Part shown: positions 26,334 through 39,672 of the stretch, in pieces
Position numbering within the stretch: the stretch's first letter is position 1
Layout: each line of letters starts with the position of its first letter
Assembly (NCBI RefSeq): GCF_006345805.1
Contig: NC_043006.1
Location: 103,292,001 to 103,356,000, forward strand
From: Octopus sinensis
Taxonomy: Eukaryota
Length of the DNA: 64,000 nucleotides
Direction of reading: 5' to 3'
Translations under genes and position numbers: made by a program
The notes under the pieces: generated by a model
Told to the model about the DNA's origin: nothing
Database searches by the model: none
What the model saw: the letters and a program-made list of their open reading frames with translations, nothing else

Positions 26334-27231
26334 AAAATAAGTACTAATTACGTCGATATAATCTACTTCTCGCTTCCCACAAAGTCGCTGGCCATATGGC
26401 AGAAAATAGAAGTGCTCATTTACTCATTATTAAAACACAATTAGACGTTCAAAAGAAACCGAAGAAATATAAGTTTAAGTAGAAATGCCATGGATATTTA
26501 AAAGACATACGCAAATCATTTTACGAATCTGAGTGCTTAGAGTCTAATTACAGTGACAAAATAATAAAAAGCAAAACACGAACTTGTAAGATATATATTA
26601 GGCACCTAAACACACATAACTATGCATGTATATAAGTATGTATGTATGAAAAAAGTAGAGCGCAACCATTTGATAATAATGCCCAAAGCTATCCGAAGAC
26701 TATCGTGAAAGAAACGTTGAGATAAGATACAAGTTAATCTCCTAAATTGAAATTAGAGAATAAGCTAACATATGTATCTTAATGACAAACCTGTGTTACA
26801 ATCGAAGACTGCAAAGTGAATTTTGCCTCGAATCGTAAATATAAATGATATTAATCCGCAAAAACAGAAAGAAGATTAATTAGCAAATATATATCTAAAG
26901 AAGAAAAAAAATCAATAAAATTATTAGTAAAGTAGCAATATTCCATCAACGGAATAAGATCACCAAAGTAAATAATTGTTGCTGTAACATTAATTAAAGC
27001 ATAAGATGAATCTAAGTTGACACAATTTGATATTATCGAATCTTAATCCTCGAATTCTTAATCTCTACTCATTAGAGAACAAGTCTTCAATAGAGTGGAT
27101 AATGATAATGATGCTTAAGGATATTGATATCATTGTGTTTGCTCGAAATACTATACTCTTCGACAAGTACTCGATTTGGGTATAGTATCAGTTTCAAAGA
27201 GTCGCTCAAAATATCAGTATGATCTTTTATC

Positions 27232-27420
27232 TTTGATATTTTGCTTGTGGCCATGCTGGAGCACCATCTTGAAGAATTTTTAGTCGGATGCATCAACCTC
27301 AGTACTTAATTTCTTAAAGCCTGGTATTTATTCTGTTGGTCTCTATTGCTTAACCGCTAAGTTACGGAGACGTGAACATACCAACAAGCGGAAACACTGT
27401 GACAAAAGCACACACATACG

Positions 27421-27473
<53 letters not shown>

Positions 27474-27660
27474 GGGGGAGATAGATAGATAAATAGATAA
27501 ATAGACAGACTGATTGATATATAGAAAGATAGATAGATAGACAAACAGAGAGAATGATAGATAGAAAGATAGCTAGATGGATAGATAGATAAAGAGAGAG
27601 AGAGATGCACGACTGGCTCCTTACAGTTTCCATCTACCAAACCTACGTCCATGACCTTGA
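27232..27660 (-). mobile_element. SINE family B, diverged
   Basis: TGTGGCCATGCTGGAGCACC...CCGCTAAGTTACGGAGACGT...CAGTTTCCATCTACCAAA. Confidence 0.7.
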
Positions 27661-27769
27661 TATAAATGCATGTTAGATGTATGTTTATGCGCGAGTGAGT
27701 GGGTGTAGATATATATATATATGTACATTTGTGTGCATGTATGTATGTCTATTCTATTTTTTAGTTATT

Positions 27770-28100
27770 GTAAATCTTCCACTGAAGAGGGAACTGGTTT
27801 CCAACAAAGATACAACGCTCCATCTTTGGGATGTAATTAACACAGAGAAATTCAAATTTGGAACTTAAAACAAGTCTTGCATATTTTCACTGTTCCACTC
27901 ACAGATTGGATTTCTAATGCACGAATTAGCCGGTCACTTTCTCTTTCTGAAAATCCCAGATTTTCCAGACTCTTCTTTAAGCATTTACTAAGAAAACCCA
28001 ATGCTCCAAGAATTATTGGGATGAATGTGATTTCATAGTCTGGATATAGAAGCTGGAGGTTTCGAAGCAGTTTTCGATAGATATCCTATTTTTCAAAGAG
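27770..28100 (-). mobile_element. 3' end of RLE-type (R4/Dong-like) non-LTR retrotransposon
   Basis: YRKLLRNLQLLYPDYEITFIPIILGALGFLSKCLKKSLENLGF...IQSVSGTVKICKTCFKFQI* resembles the KY..L...PI.IGALG endonuclease C-terminus; short A-rich 3' tail. Confidence 0.72.
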
Positions 28101-28104
28101 ATAT

Positions 28105-28114
28105 TTATATTTGA

Positions 28115-28145
<31 letters not shown>

Positions 28146-28171
28146 TGTATGTATGTATGTATGTATGTATG

Positions 28172-28205
<34 letters not shown>

Positions 28206-28355
28206 TGTATGTGTGTATGTGTGTATGTATGTATGTATGTATGTATATATGTATGTATGTATGTATGCATGTATGTATGCATGTATGTATGTATGTATGT
28301 ATGTATGTATGTATGTATGCATGTATGTATGTAAGTATGCATGTATGTATGTACG
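28105..28355. repeat. (TATG)n microsatellite
   Basis: Direct reading. Confidence 0.95.
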
Positions 28356-28900
28356 TCAGGTCACTTTCGAGTGCTACTGGTAACATGTAACCCTGTACAA
28401 CCTGTTGCATGGTCGGGTCGTCGGCAACTAAACCGGCAACCCCACCAAGTTTACTTGGTGAAGAGGGTGTTTATTGGACACCCGGCGGGAGGAAAAACAA
28501 AACCCGTCAAAAGGCGGAGGAGCTCTTGAGAGTCAACGGCCATCCAATAAATGTCTTAGGGTTGTATCATGCGCGGGGACATAGAAATAATCTGACTGAA
28601 TACCCGATCGCGCGGATAAACCATTGGGAGTGAAGGACTCCTAGCCTTTGTTAGGGCATCCTTCTAGGAGAAGGTAACCAGGTAACTGGGATAACTCCGA
28701 CATAAAACCTGCGGCTCAGTAGTTACCGATGATGTTGATTTGTTCTTCTTTTCGGTTTATGACTGCTGTTGCTTAGTGAGTGGGATTGACTCAGCCTTTC
28801 CTCACTTTAAAAAAAATCTTCTTGCACAGGCATTGCACGATAACAACATTGATTAAGCTACGTGCAATGGCCATACTCGATAACGAGGGGGCAGCCACCA
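28356..28900 (+). mobile_element. Complete ~545-bp RTE-derived non-autonomous retroelement flanked by (TATG)n
   Basis: RTE 5'UTR-like CTAGGAGAAGGTAAC motif, 3' hairpin CATTGCACG...CGTGCAATG, terminal GCAGCCACC then (ATGT)n tail; partial copies at 10951 and 29335 (reverse). Confidence 0.72.
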
Positions 28901-29334
28901 TGTATGTATGTATGTATGTATGTATGTATTTATGTATTTATGTATGTACTTATGTAAGATTACTAAAGACATAGCTAAGGAAATTATAGCATGAAATATT
29001 GAGTTTTACAGACGTTGCTGGCTCACACTACGCTTTTTATCAAACACCTTATAAAGATGCAAAAGTTTCGAGTAAAAATAGCTATTGATACCTTTATTTT
29101 CGTTTTGCTCACGCCCACGTGGATGGACATATATAAGTAGCAATCTCTGCGATGTCTGGAAGCTGTGGCGTGATATCTTTAGTGACATCAGCTCGTTCAT
29201 TTCTGCTATATTATGGCAAAGAGGGCGAGATGTTGTGCGGAGAACTAACATTATAACTAACAGCAAAAGACTTACCGAGGGAGTAATTAACACAGACAAA
29301 TTCAGATTTGGTACCTCTAGGTCAAAATTTCGTG

Positions 29335-29425
29335 ATGGTTTATCCGCACGATCGGGTATTCAGTCCGATTATTTCTATGTCCCCGCGCATGATACAGCCC
29401 TAAGACATTTATTGGATTGTCAGCA
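29335..29425 (-). mobile_element. Fragment of the same RTE-derived element
   Basis: Reverse complement of 28545-28625. Confidence 0.7.
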
Positions 29426-29429
29426 TAGA

Positions 29430-30790
29430 CGGGGCTGTAATCTATACAAGCGGTAGGGCTTAAGTATCGTACACTTAAGTATGGAGCGGCCAGGCGTAAT
29501 GTGGTATATCTGATTATCGGCTGTCAATGTGGTTGAAGATCATAAATAGGGCATACCTTTGTTAGCAAACAAAAAGATAGTTTATTCCACCTGTTGATGG
29601 ATCCTTCAGATTGGTGGAGCAACTGCGAGTTCCAGGTGAGTACGGAGGGTCCTTCTCCACTATACTCATTTCGATGTTAGGGGAGCCGTCTGATGATCAT
29701 GGTGTCTTCAGATAAAATAGGACAAGAAGGCGGAACGTCCCAATTCTTGCATGTAATGGAGTACATGTGCTGCGAATACTTTTCTTCCCATTGGTTGGCT
29801 GCTATGTTCGTGTAGAATCTTTTGGTAACGCCGTAGGATGAGAGGGTGGCACTATAGACCACAGTCCAGGAAAGGCAGGGACGTCGCAGCTAGCTGTTGT
29901 TAGGATTTCGGAAGTTACAGCTAAGGTGTGTATTGAAAGATGTGTAGGAGTGTATTTTCGTCTATTGTAGCGTGCGATTGTAAAGGTGATGTTGTCTATA
30001 CCGGAGTGACTGACTATGACGTTGTCGGGGTTGAAAAGTTTATAACACGGTATCTAAGGAAAGTTTCTAAATTTGCATTAACAAGGTCCTAGCAGTGTTG
30101 TTTCAAACGTTTATACTCAGCTAGGATTGAACTAGATTTTCTTTCTCTTTCTGACTCTCTTCGGGTTTGAGGATGTGATGACCTGCATATAGACTATCTT
30201 TTCAGTAAATCTACTCCTATCTTAATACCTTGATATAACGGGTGTGAACCTGTTGAAGATCTCTCTATTCACTGATAGTTTAAAAATTATTCTAATTATA
30301 CTTTGCCTAGCTTTCTAATTATATCTGTTGGTGGGGTTGAAGTATCTGTGGATATATACCGTTCCCTTATTGGGAATCCTGTAAAGGTAGTACTTGTCCA
30401 TCTTCAGGTCAAGGACTTCGTCCTGGAAGTTGTCATTTGTCATATTGGTTGTGACCGCTATATATAGGCCACATTCTTTGAAAATCTTTATCAAATCTTT
30501 CCTGGATTGTCAATGGTATCACCGCTCATATGGATTGAGATTGCAAGATCATTATACAGGTACAGGGATGAGTTACAGGGATGTGTGCACTTCTTTAGAG
30601 TATCTAAGATAAATAGCCTGACAGGTTCATCCACCTCAGACACGTCGAAGCTCGCAGTAGATACGTCGAATAGCGGATTGTCTTCTTTCTTCACTCAGTA
30701 CGAATTATCGTGAACCAAGATTGACTTGCTAGCGTTTGTACACCTCCATATTATATTAAAAGCATAAACGTATATTAGCTACTCAGCTAC
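29430..30790 (-). mobile_element. Penelope-like element remnant (second family)
   Basis: NPLFDVSTASFDVSEVDEPVRLFILD...LYLYNDLAI, DLIKIFKECGL; GIY-YIG-like VYSATLSSYGVTKRFYTNIAANQWEEKYSQH. Confidence 0.8.
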
Positions 30791-31010
30791 TCGGTTACAT
30801 CGCAAGAATTCGTAAATGAATCGCTCACATGATCAGTCACATACCGGAAAAACAGTATTAAATTCCATCTACCCAACATTTGACACTTACGAACACGGTT
30901 GTAAATTTATAACATTTGCTATTCTGCATTTGTTTATTTCACCAGTCTAAGAGAATTAACTTTTATGATTCTGTATTAAAAAAACATAAAATGAAACGAA
31001 AGTGATATAC

Positions 31011-31043
<33 letters not shown>

Positions 31044-31047
31044 ATAT

Positions 31048-31079
<32 letters not shown>

Positions 31080-31400
31080 ATGTATATGTAAATAGTGAGA
31101 GAAAGATGGAGAAATAAAGAATAAAAGTAAATGAAATACACATATATGTAGGTTTTAATGGATTCTTTTCTGCTTAATGTATATTATTTCTTTCAGAGAC
31201 ATTAACAAACGGCTGGAGTATCGTTTTAAATGTTTATAATCTCCAAAATAGTTTATTTTCTCTTCCCGTCAAAGCTAAATATATAAACCCCTGATTATTT
31301 CTCTCCCGTACATATACATACATACATACATACATAATATATATGTCTATATATATATATATATATAATATATATATATGTATGTATGTATATATATTAT

Positions 31401-31431
<31 letters not shown>

Positions 31432-31553
31432 TAGATAGATAGATATACATACATTACATGTATATATAGGTATATATACACTAGTAATATATATATATAC
31501 ACACACACAAACAAACATTCATACATACATACATCCATACATCCATACATACT

Positions 31554-31585
<32 letters not shown>

Positions 31586-31587
31586 TA

Positions 31588-32423
31588 TATGGAAAAGAGG
31601 ATGCCCTGAAACTTCCATACTCCCCTCCTTCAGGTGAAACTCTCGCGGCGTCCAACAACATCAGAGACCTGGGAGTAATTGTGGACAATAACATAAGCTG
31701 GGCCACTCATATAAACACCAAAGTTGACATGGCCCACAGAATGTGTTCCTGGATTCTCAGAACTTTCCAGTCGAGAGATATCCACACCATTATCCTTCTC
31801 TTCTCCACTTTTGCCCGACCCCACCTTGAATACTGTTGTCCACTGTGGTCTCCCCACACAATACAAGGTATCATAAAAGTTGAAGCACCTCAAAGGGCAA
31901 TCACAAAAAAGATAGATGGCATGACAGGCCTCGACTATTGGGGTCGACTAGAAAAGCTAAAACTCTATTCTCTCCAACGTCGTCGTGAGCGCTACATCAT
32001 CTGCATGATGTGGAAAATATTCCATCAGCATTGCCCAAATGATGTTGGCATCACCTTTAAGGTACATCCAAGGCTTGGGCCCCGTGCCATCCGCCCAAAA
32101 CAAAAATCGCACTCTCATCTCATAACAACAATACGACACAATTATTTCACCTCAATTGGCCCCGCTCTCTTTAACATTACACCAAAACACATTAAAACAG
32201 AAACTGACCCTATAGGGTTCAAGAAGTCTTTGGACAGATTCCTTTAAGAAATCCCGGATAAACCCCCTACACCCGGATATGTCTCTGTAAACAATAACTC
32301 TCTACTTGAGTGGGCCATAGTGCCCAAATTCTGACTTGAAAGACTTCACCAGGTGGTGCTATTAAGTTAGACATGGCCTGGGCCAATAATGGCCGAAACC
32401 TATCAAAGTATCAAAGTATCAAA

Positions 32424-32427
<4 letters not shown>
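31588..32427 (+). mobile_element. 5'-truncated CR1-clade LINE, relatively young
   Basis: RDLGVIVDNNISWATHI...RPHLEYCCPLWSP...LYSLQRRRER; one premature stop at 32245 before IPDKP..PGY; (AAAGTATC)n tail. Confidence 0.92.
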
Positions 32428-32465
<38 letters not shown>

Positions 32466-32827
32466 TATATATATAAATATATGTATATATACCCATATAT
32501 ACCTAGATACATACATAATACATACGTACTCTGAATAATCATGACCCTTCGTGAAGCTGATGTCATGATAACTTGCAAACATCGATGCAGATGAATTTAT
32601 GAAATTACAATACCAAGCCAACTGAAGAGTATGATACACACATCCGGTAGAATTATTATACTATAAAATAGAATATAGTCGTGTTTTCAGGACAGGTTTC
32701 AACGAAACTCTTACTAACGCAGACACATATATACAAACGTATTTTTGTATCAATTAAAAAATATCAAAAGAAATTAATAATGATCATGAAAATTGAGATA
32801 CGTGGCATAATATAACAGATCAAAGAA

Positions 32828-33060
32828 GGCGGCGAGCTGCCAGAAACGTTAGTATGCCGGGCGAAATGCGTAGCCGTATTTCGTCTGTCGTTACGTTCTG
32901 AGTTCAAATTCCGCCGAGGTCGACTTTGCCTTTCATCCTTTCGGGGTCGATAAATTAAGTACCAGTTACGCACTGGGGTCGATATAATCGACTTAATCCG
33001 TTTGTCTGTCCTTGTTTGTCCCCTCTGTATTTAGCCCCTTGTGGGTAATAAAGAAATAGA
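32828..33060 (+). mobile_element. SINE family A, full length, followed by a partial related copy (33063-33230)
   Basis: Consensus match by eye. Confidence 0.92.
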
Positions 33061-33862
33061 TATGTATTTCGTCTGTCTATACGCTCTGAGGTAAAATTCC
33101 GCCAAGGTCGACTTTGCCTTTTATCCTTTCAAGGTCGATAAATTAAGTAGCCAATTTCGTACTGGGATCGATCTTATCGACTGCACCCCCCCGCCCGAAA
33201 TTTCGGGCCTTTTGCCTAGAGTAGAAAAAAATATAACAAGTCAAAGAAAGAATTGGTTGGTACATCGCGGGACATGAGATCCAAGTGGTTAACTTATTGC
33301 CGTCTTGCAAGTGCATATATAGTTGTAGCTTTGGTAGTAAACAAATTTCAACAGAAAACAGACATATGGAGAACGGACTTCAGTCACATTTGAAGATGAT
33401 TGTTACCGGCCAACCGGATAACCTTGTTCTACTATTGTATATGGCCTAAAAAGGAAATTCACTCAGTTCTCCATTGACTTGGCACGTAACAACAATGTCA
33501 TGTATTTCGATTTTTAATCTAACTAGATTTTATATATTAAATCGATTCGAATATGCTTGGGACATATTTGACCCATAGAAAGGCCATATTCCTTGTCGTT
33601 TGCCATTGGGAAAAATTCACGCATTTAGGCAAGGTTAAGAATAAACCAACAGAGGTGGTGTGGTAAGAGGTTTGATTCACAAGAACTTGTTCCGTGTTCT
33701 GCCTCATAGAGCAGAGCACAGGGAAAGTGTCTTCTATTATAACCTCGAGCCGACCAGAGTCTCGCGAGTAGATTTGGTTGTTGGAAATAGTGGGAAATAT
33801 GTGGCTTTGGCGGGTTGGCTCTTCTTTCCAGCATAGCTGGTATATATTTTTATACCCTAATT

Positions 33863-33942
<80 letters not shown>

Positions 33943-35432
33943 TATATATTAGAATTATAAATTAGGGTATCTACGAAATACCAGCATGCTGAAAATAGCA
34001 GCCATAATCTGACTCTAAAACCACCTTAATTGTCCATATATCAACACGAAGAGAAAACAAAGAGACAAGATGAAACTAGTAAAAAAATTACTGGATAATT
34101 CTAGATCCGGATTTCTGACTTTGCATTTATGAATGCTTTGCCTCGTCAGCAGAATACACACAGAAGATAAACATAAATACGCAGATATATATAAATACAA
34201 CATACGAATACTTACATATACGAACGTACACATACCTATATATGCACGTATGCATCATGGCCATATATATATATGTATGTGTGCTGTGTGTGTATGTGTG
34301 TATGTGTATGTGCGTGCGTGTGTGTCTGTGTATGTATGTGTGCTGTGTGTGTATGTGTGTATGTGTATGTGCGTGCGTGTGTGTCTGTGTATGTGAGTGT
34401 GCACCACCGCATGACAACTTGCTTTGGTGAGTTTACTACTTCGAGGCTATGCCCCACCATGGCTGCAGTCTAACGACGTAATCAGAGGCGTGGTGATAGT
34501 GATTTCTAAACGCCATCTGGCGGAGGGTTAAATGCATTTTTAGCTTCTTGACTATTATCAGTACCATGTAGCGCAAGAGAGACAACCCTGAAATGACCTA
34601 TAGTTCTATTTCCATATATATATAGGTGTGTGTGTGTTAAAAACATAGCTTTGTTTCTGGCCAAAATGAAATATAATAAAACAAATGTGTTTTGTTAAAT
34701 TGAAAACAAACCAAATCCGTTATTTTCTTCAGTCTTTGAACCAAAAAGCCTTTAAAGTATGGAAGAGGTAAAATACAAAGAAAGATAAGTAAACACCCGT
34801 TGAATTTGCCATCACGTATTTCACAGAAATTTTGTAAATTAATTGTCCAAAATAATAGAAAGAATGAACATATATTTGTGTCTTAGAAGTTACATTTCTA
34901 TTTTATTTCCATTAAAGCAACAAAGTTTTCAAACAGACTTGAGATAGAATTATCTTGATAACATCTTTTTTTAAAAAATGTTTTATAAGAGTGTAAACAA
35001 TATTATAAAAATATAATACAATTATCTAAAATAATCAAAATTATTATAGTGAAGAACAAAAAATAATGTATTTATGTGACTCTATGTTTACGTATCAAGC
35101 TTATCTGGAATCCCTGCATACTCACACACACGTACACGCACGCATACATGCACACAGACAGACACACACACACAGATACACGCACACAAAAACCGCACAA
35201 ACACAGAAAGTGCCCCTTTGTATTTGTATGTGTTCATGGGAAACAAACTAATGTACATGTGAGTATACACACGAACACATACACAAGTATATAAACACAC
35301 ACATACATAGACAAATTTCGTATATATGTTATGTATTATATTCACATATGCGAGCAAACATATGTGCATAAGTGATACGTACATATATAATTTCATGTAT
35401 ATGTGGACGTATACCTCAATCTATTGCTCTGT

Positions 35433-35500
<68 letters not shown>

Positions 35501-35689
35501 GTATATATATACATGATTATAAAGACATATTCACACACTCAAACATATATATTTGTGCGTGTCGGTGTAAATAATTATGTCTGTATAGAATATATATATA
35601 TATATATATATATACATACAATGCATATGTGATATAATTATAGAATATAATAGCTTGTATAAAAAGCAGAAGACCTGGAATTTGGGAGG

Positions 35690-35810
35690 GGGGTTGCCAG
35701 TCAATTTTCGTATCCCAGTGTTTAACTGGTACTTATTTACTCGATCCAAAAAGGATGAAAGGTAAATCAACCCCGGCGAAATTTGAACTCAGAACATAAA
35801 GATAGACGAA
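35690..35810 (-). mobile_element. Partial SINE family A-related copy
   Basis: AACTGGTACTTATTT...GGATGAAAGG...GAAATTTGAACTCAGAAC. Confidence 0.7.
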
Positions 35811-36094
35811 ATATTGATTTCAGATTTTGGCACAAGGCTAGCAATTTCATGGGGTGGTTATATCGATTACGAAAGTCGGCTGAAAAGATCATAAGCTGTC
35901 CAAGATACTCTCAAAGGAATGTGTTGAAATAGGGTTTATTTTTCAATAAAGGTAGCGGAAGGGGAAGAGAGAGAGAAAGAGAGAGGCAGAAAGAGAGAGA
36001 CAGACAGACAGAGAAAGACAGACACAGACAGATAGAGAGAGAGAGGGGGCAGAGAGGGAGAAGAAGAGAGAGAGGAGATTATGAAGAAGTACGT

Positions 36095-36440
36095 GGATTC
36101 CCTTGTAGTCCACGTACTTCTTCCATCAGTGGTTTGCATCGTTTAGAGCCCATTAGTGAAAAAGCTTTTATGCTTTTCATATAAAAAAATAATCTTATCA
36201 ATAGCCGATATGATGTTATCATCAGTGCAATTCTAGTTCCTATCCAAGTGGATTTTCTTGTCGGGGAATAAACGATAGACAGATGAGGTTACATCAGGAG
36301 AATAGGGTGGGTGATCAACCAGTTCAAAACTACAGTCACGCACAGCAACCATTGAAAGCAAGTTGGCATAGTACTCTCCATTAATGGTTTGTCCCTTTTG
36401 AAGCAGGATCAATGCTCTAACCCACCATTCTATTTATGTA
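36095..36440 (-). mobile_element. Mariner (DD34D-type) transposase C-terminal remnant
   Basis: LQKGQTINGEYYANLL, FELVDHPPYSPDV, RWKKYVDYKG-like end. Confidence 0.75.
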
Positions 36441-38549
36441 CATAACATAGAAGTTATAGCACTGTTTCAGCGTACTATTCTACGTAGTATTACCATCGGC
36501 GAATATTTTGCCTCCATTCTCCATCTACTTTGGTGTAAAATATTCATCAGCTTCTTACGAGATTATATAAATATGGCCAATCCATCACACAAAGGCGAAT
36601 ACCATTTAGAAATACATTTTCGAAGTTCTTTGTTTCAAATCCAAGAAAGGTTACCTTTACTTCATTTTCCGAAATGAACAAAGCAACAAGATATACGTTG
36701 TAATGTTGATCGCCTCTAACACACCCAGTACCCGTTTGTGCCCGTGTGCCTATGTGAGAAAACTGTATAGAGAGCATCGATCGCCAATAGTAGTAACGAA
36801 TAATATCTTGTACATATTTACGGCTACGTTTGAATTTCTATTTGTGGTTGCTTCTGTTTGTGTCTATGGAGGATCAAAGGTGTCACAGTCGGGTCTATCG
36901 CTTCTTTCTTGTATATTTATGATATTATACCATATGACCTTCTTTTTTTAAGACGATAGGTTGCAACTTGCAGAATTTTGCCTTCTAATTTATTAAGTTC
37001 GGCGACAGTATACAAACTGCCTGAAGGCGATCAACAATGAAAAGTATGTGACACATACTTTTCATTGTAGTGGTAGATTACACATTAGTGATAGAATACA
37101 AACTATGATCACCCTACGTTATTCATTTTGATATATACACCTGTATTTAAAAGCTGTGCGTTGTGCAAGATGCTTCACTTAACTACATAAAGTGCAGTCA
37201 ATATTATCTCCAATGTAGACAATCATTACTATACATATGCAAAAAAAGTCGATAGTTCAACAGGATTGATAGGGCATATAATGCGATCGCATTATATTCT
37301 GAGTTTACCTCTTCTCGAAGTCAGCTTTGTTTCATTTCTCAAGGGTGTATAAAATTGTACCCCCAGACTGGTACTTGAGTCACTTTAGTCAACCTATACT
37401 TGCGTCGCCCATTTTCGTCAAACTAATGAGTACAGTTGGTAACCCTGAACGCATCTTCTCTGCCCCTTTTGCTTAAAGGTAGGTAAAGACAGATCCTTCC
37501 ACTGGAAAGTATTGGTGTAGGCTTTGGAAGATATAAAGTAGGAACAATCCCACATACACCCTATAATTAAGGGAACATGTAACACGATCTTCACCATGGA
37601 CGTCAAAAATCAAAGATGAAATGAAATTTTTGCAACCAGGCGGTTTGATCTCAGTAAGCGTAATTATTGTATAATAATATTTATTGTTTACTGTAAACAG
37701 AACACTAAGCCCTTAAATTTTCATTAAAGAGAAATGGTTTGTAACTTCCTTTCTTTTGTTTTTATTTAAAGACATTATTATTACACATTAATCAAAGTTG
37801 TGTTGATTTTAATTGATTCGGTGAGCTAACATGCTCTTCAATACCAAATGCTATAGTAGGAGAGATAACTGGAACCAAATTAAATAATCACACTCCTACA
37901 GGGATACATTTCGCTCTGCAGGAGAATAAAAGAAATAACGAAAAATGGCATAATCAAGCAACAAGAAAAATAGTGAGTAGGAAATCTGTTACTCTTATAG
38001 AATCCAGAGTGGTTATATACTTGATATTCTGTTCTGTATCTAAATCTCTATTTTGTATTTGATAGTCTAATATTACATTTAATCTCCCTGTTTTATATTT
38101 AATAACCCCGTTTTATACTTAAATCCCTGTTATATATTTATAACATCGTTGTTTCATATTAAATCTCTGTTTTTATATTTTTTAATTAAACATCTCACCG
38201 TTATAATTTATTGCTGTATTTTATTGAACAGCCCTGTTTTACATTTAATTTGTTTTATATTTGATATCTCAAGCTGTAAATTGCCTTTGTCGTCCTTTGT
38301 CAGTCTATTGTAAAATTGGATATCCAGATCTGCCTTTATCAAAGGGATCCATCAACGGATGATCTCTATATTGACATTTAGAAATGACCAGCAGACATAA
38401 TTAGCTTTTTCTTTAGTCTTTTATTTTACTTGTTTCAATCATTAGACTGTGGCCAGGCTGGGGCAAAGCAGGCTTGTGCCTCGGAGAGAAGCTTTACAGG
38501 TGTAATCCCATGGTCATTCATGACCTAAAAGGGTCTTTAATCTTTATAT

Positions 38550-38828
38550 ATATGCATACATACGAACATACATACATACATACACACATTCATACATACA
38601 TACATTCATACATAGATACATACATACATACATACACACACACATACACACATACATACACACATACATTCATACACACATACATACATACGTACATATA
38701 TACAAGCATACATACATACACACATACATACATACACACATACATACATACATGCATACATACATACATACATACACACATGCATACATACATACACACA
38801 TACATACATACATACACACATACATACA

Positions 38829-38860
<32 letters not shown>

Positions 38861-38865
38861 CTCAT
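38550..38865. repeat. (CATA)n/(CACATA)n microsatellite
   Basis: Direct reading. Confidence 0.95.
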
Positions 38866-38869
38866 ACAT

Positions 38870-39330
38870 GCTCGATTGGACGCTTGATGAGATCAGAGCC
38901 ATCGATATGAAAACCCGAAAAATAATAACAATCACACATAATTTCCACATAATCTGTGACGTAGACCTATAACAAAAACAAGGCGGCAGAGGCTTAATAT
39001 CGATCCAAAATGCGTTTGAATGTCGTATCATATCCCTTCGGCAACCAAGTGTCGAAGTGCATCTCTTGACCAAGTTTGCATACATGAAGCTCATAACATC
39101 AGAAAACTTGGAAGGCAGCTCCTCGAGCAAGGTTGCTCGTCTGATAACATAGAATGCCTGCCCAAAGAAGCTGCACGACTCTACGGCAATGTATAAGCAG
39201 ACGAAAGGATGAGCCTATATGAGCAGAGGACTATGCATGGATATGTTAGCAGAAAGCTCCGAGATGATAATAGCATCAAAGCAGTCTATCATGGACCAAT
39301 AGCCGGATTACTACCTCCCACTTTGAAGGT
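38870..39330 (+). mobile_element. RLE-type (R4/Dong-like) RT C-terminal remnant
   Basis: LDWTLDEIRAIDMKTRKII...DVDL*QKQGGRGLISIQNAFECRIISLRQ and MHGYVSRKL resemble the RLY..R..GGRGL and MHG motifs. Confidence 0.75.
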
Positions 39331-39641
39331 TATGCGTTTGCGATCCAGGAAAGCTAATTCGAAGATTGAAAATCCAATCCATCAGTGGAACTGTAAAAAT
39401 GTGTAAAACTTTCCAGAAGTTTATCATTTAAGTATATGAGTATTTCTAGATAAGCAAGTATATGCATGATAATACACACATAAGACAAAACATATGAATC
39501 TGTACGTATACATACATACATACAAAAATACCCTGTTGTTTTTGAAATTCCAATGAAGGACCTTTGGATCTAGGTTAGAAACCGTCTCTTTCTCAATTGA
39601 CAAGAAATCTTGAAATAAAACCGACTAATGATATACATACA

Positions 39642-39672
<31 letters not shown>

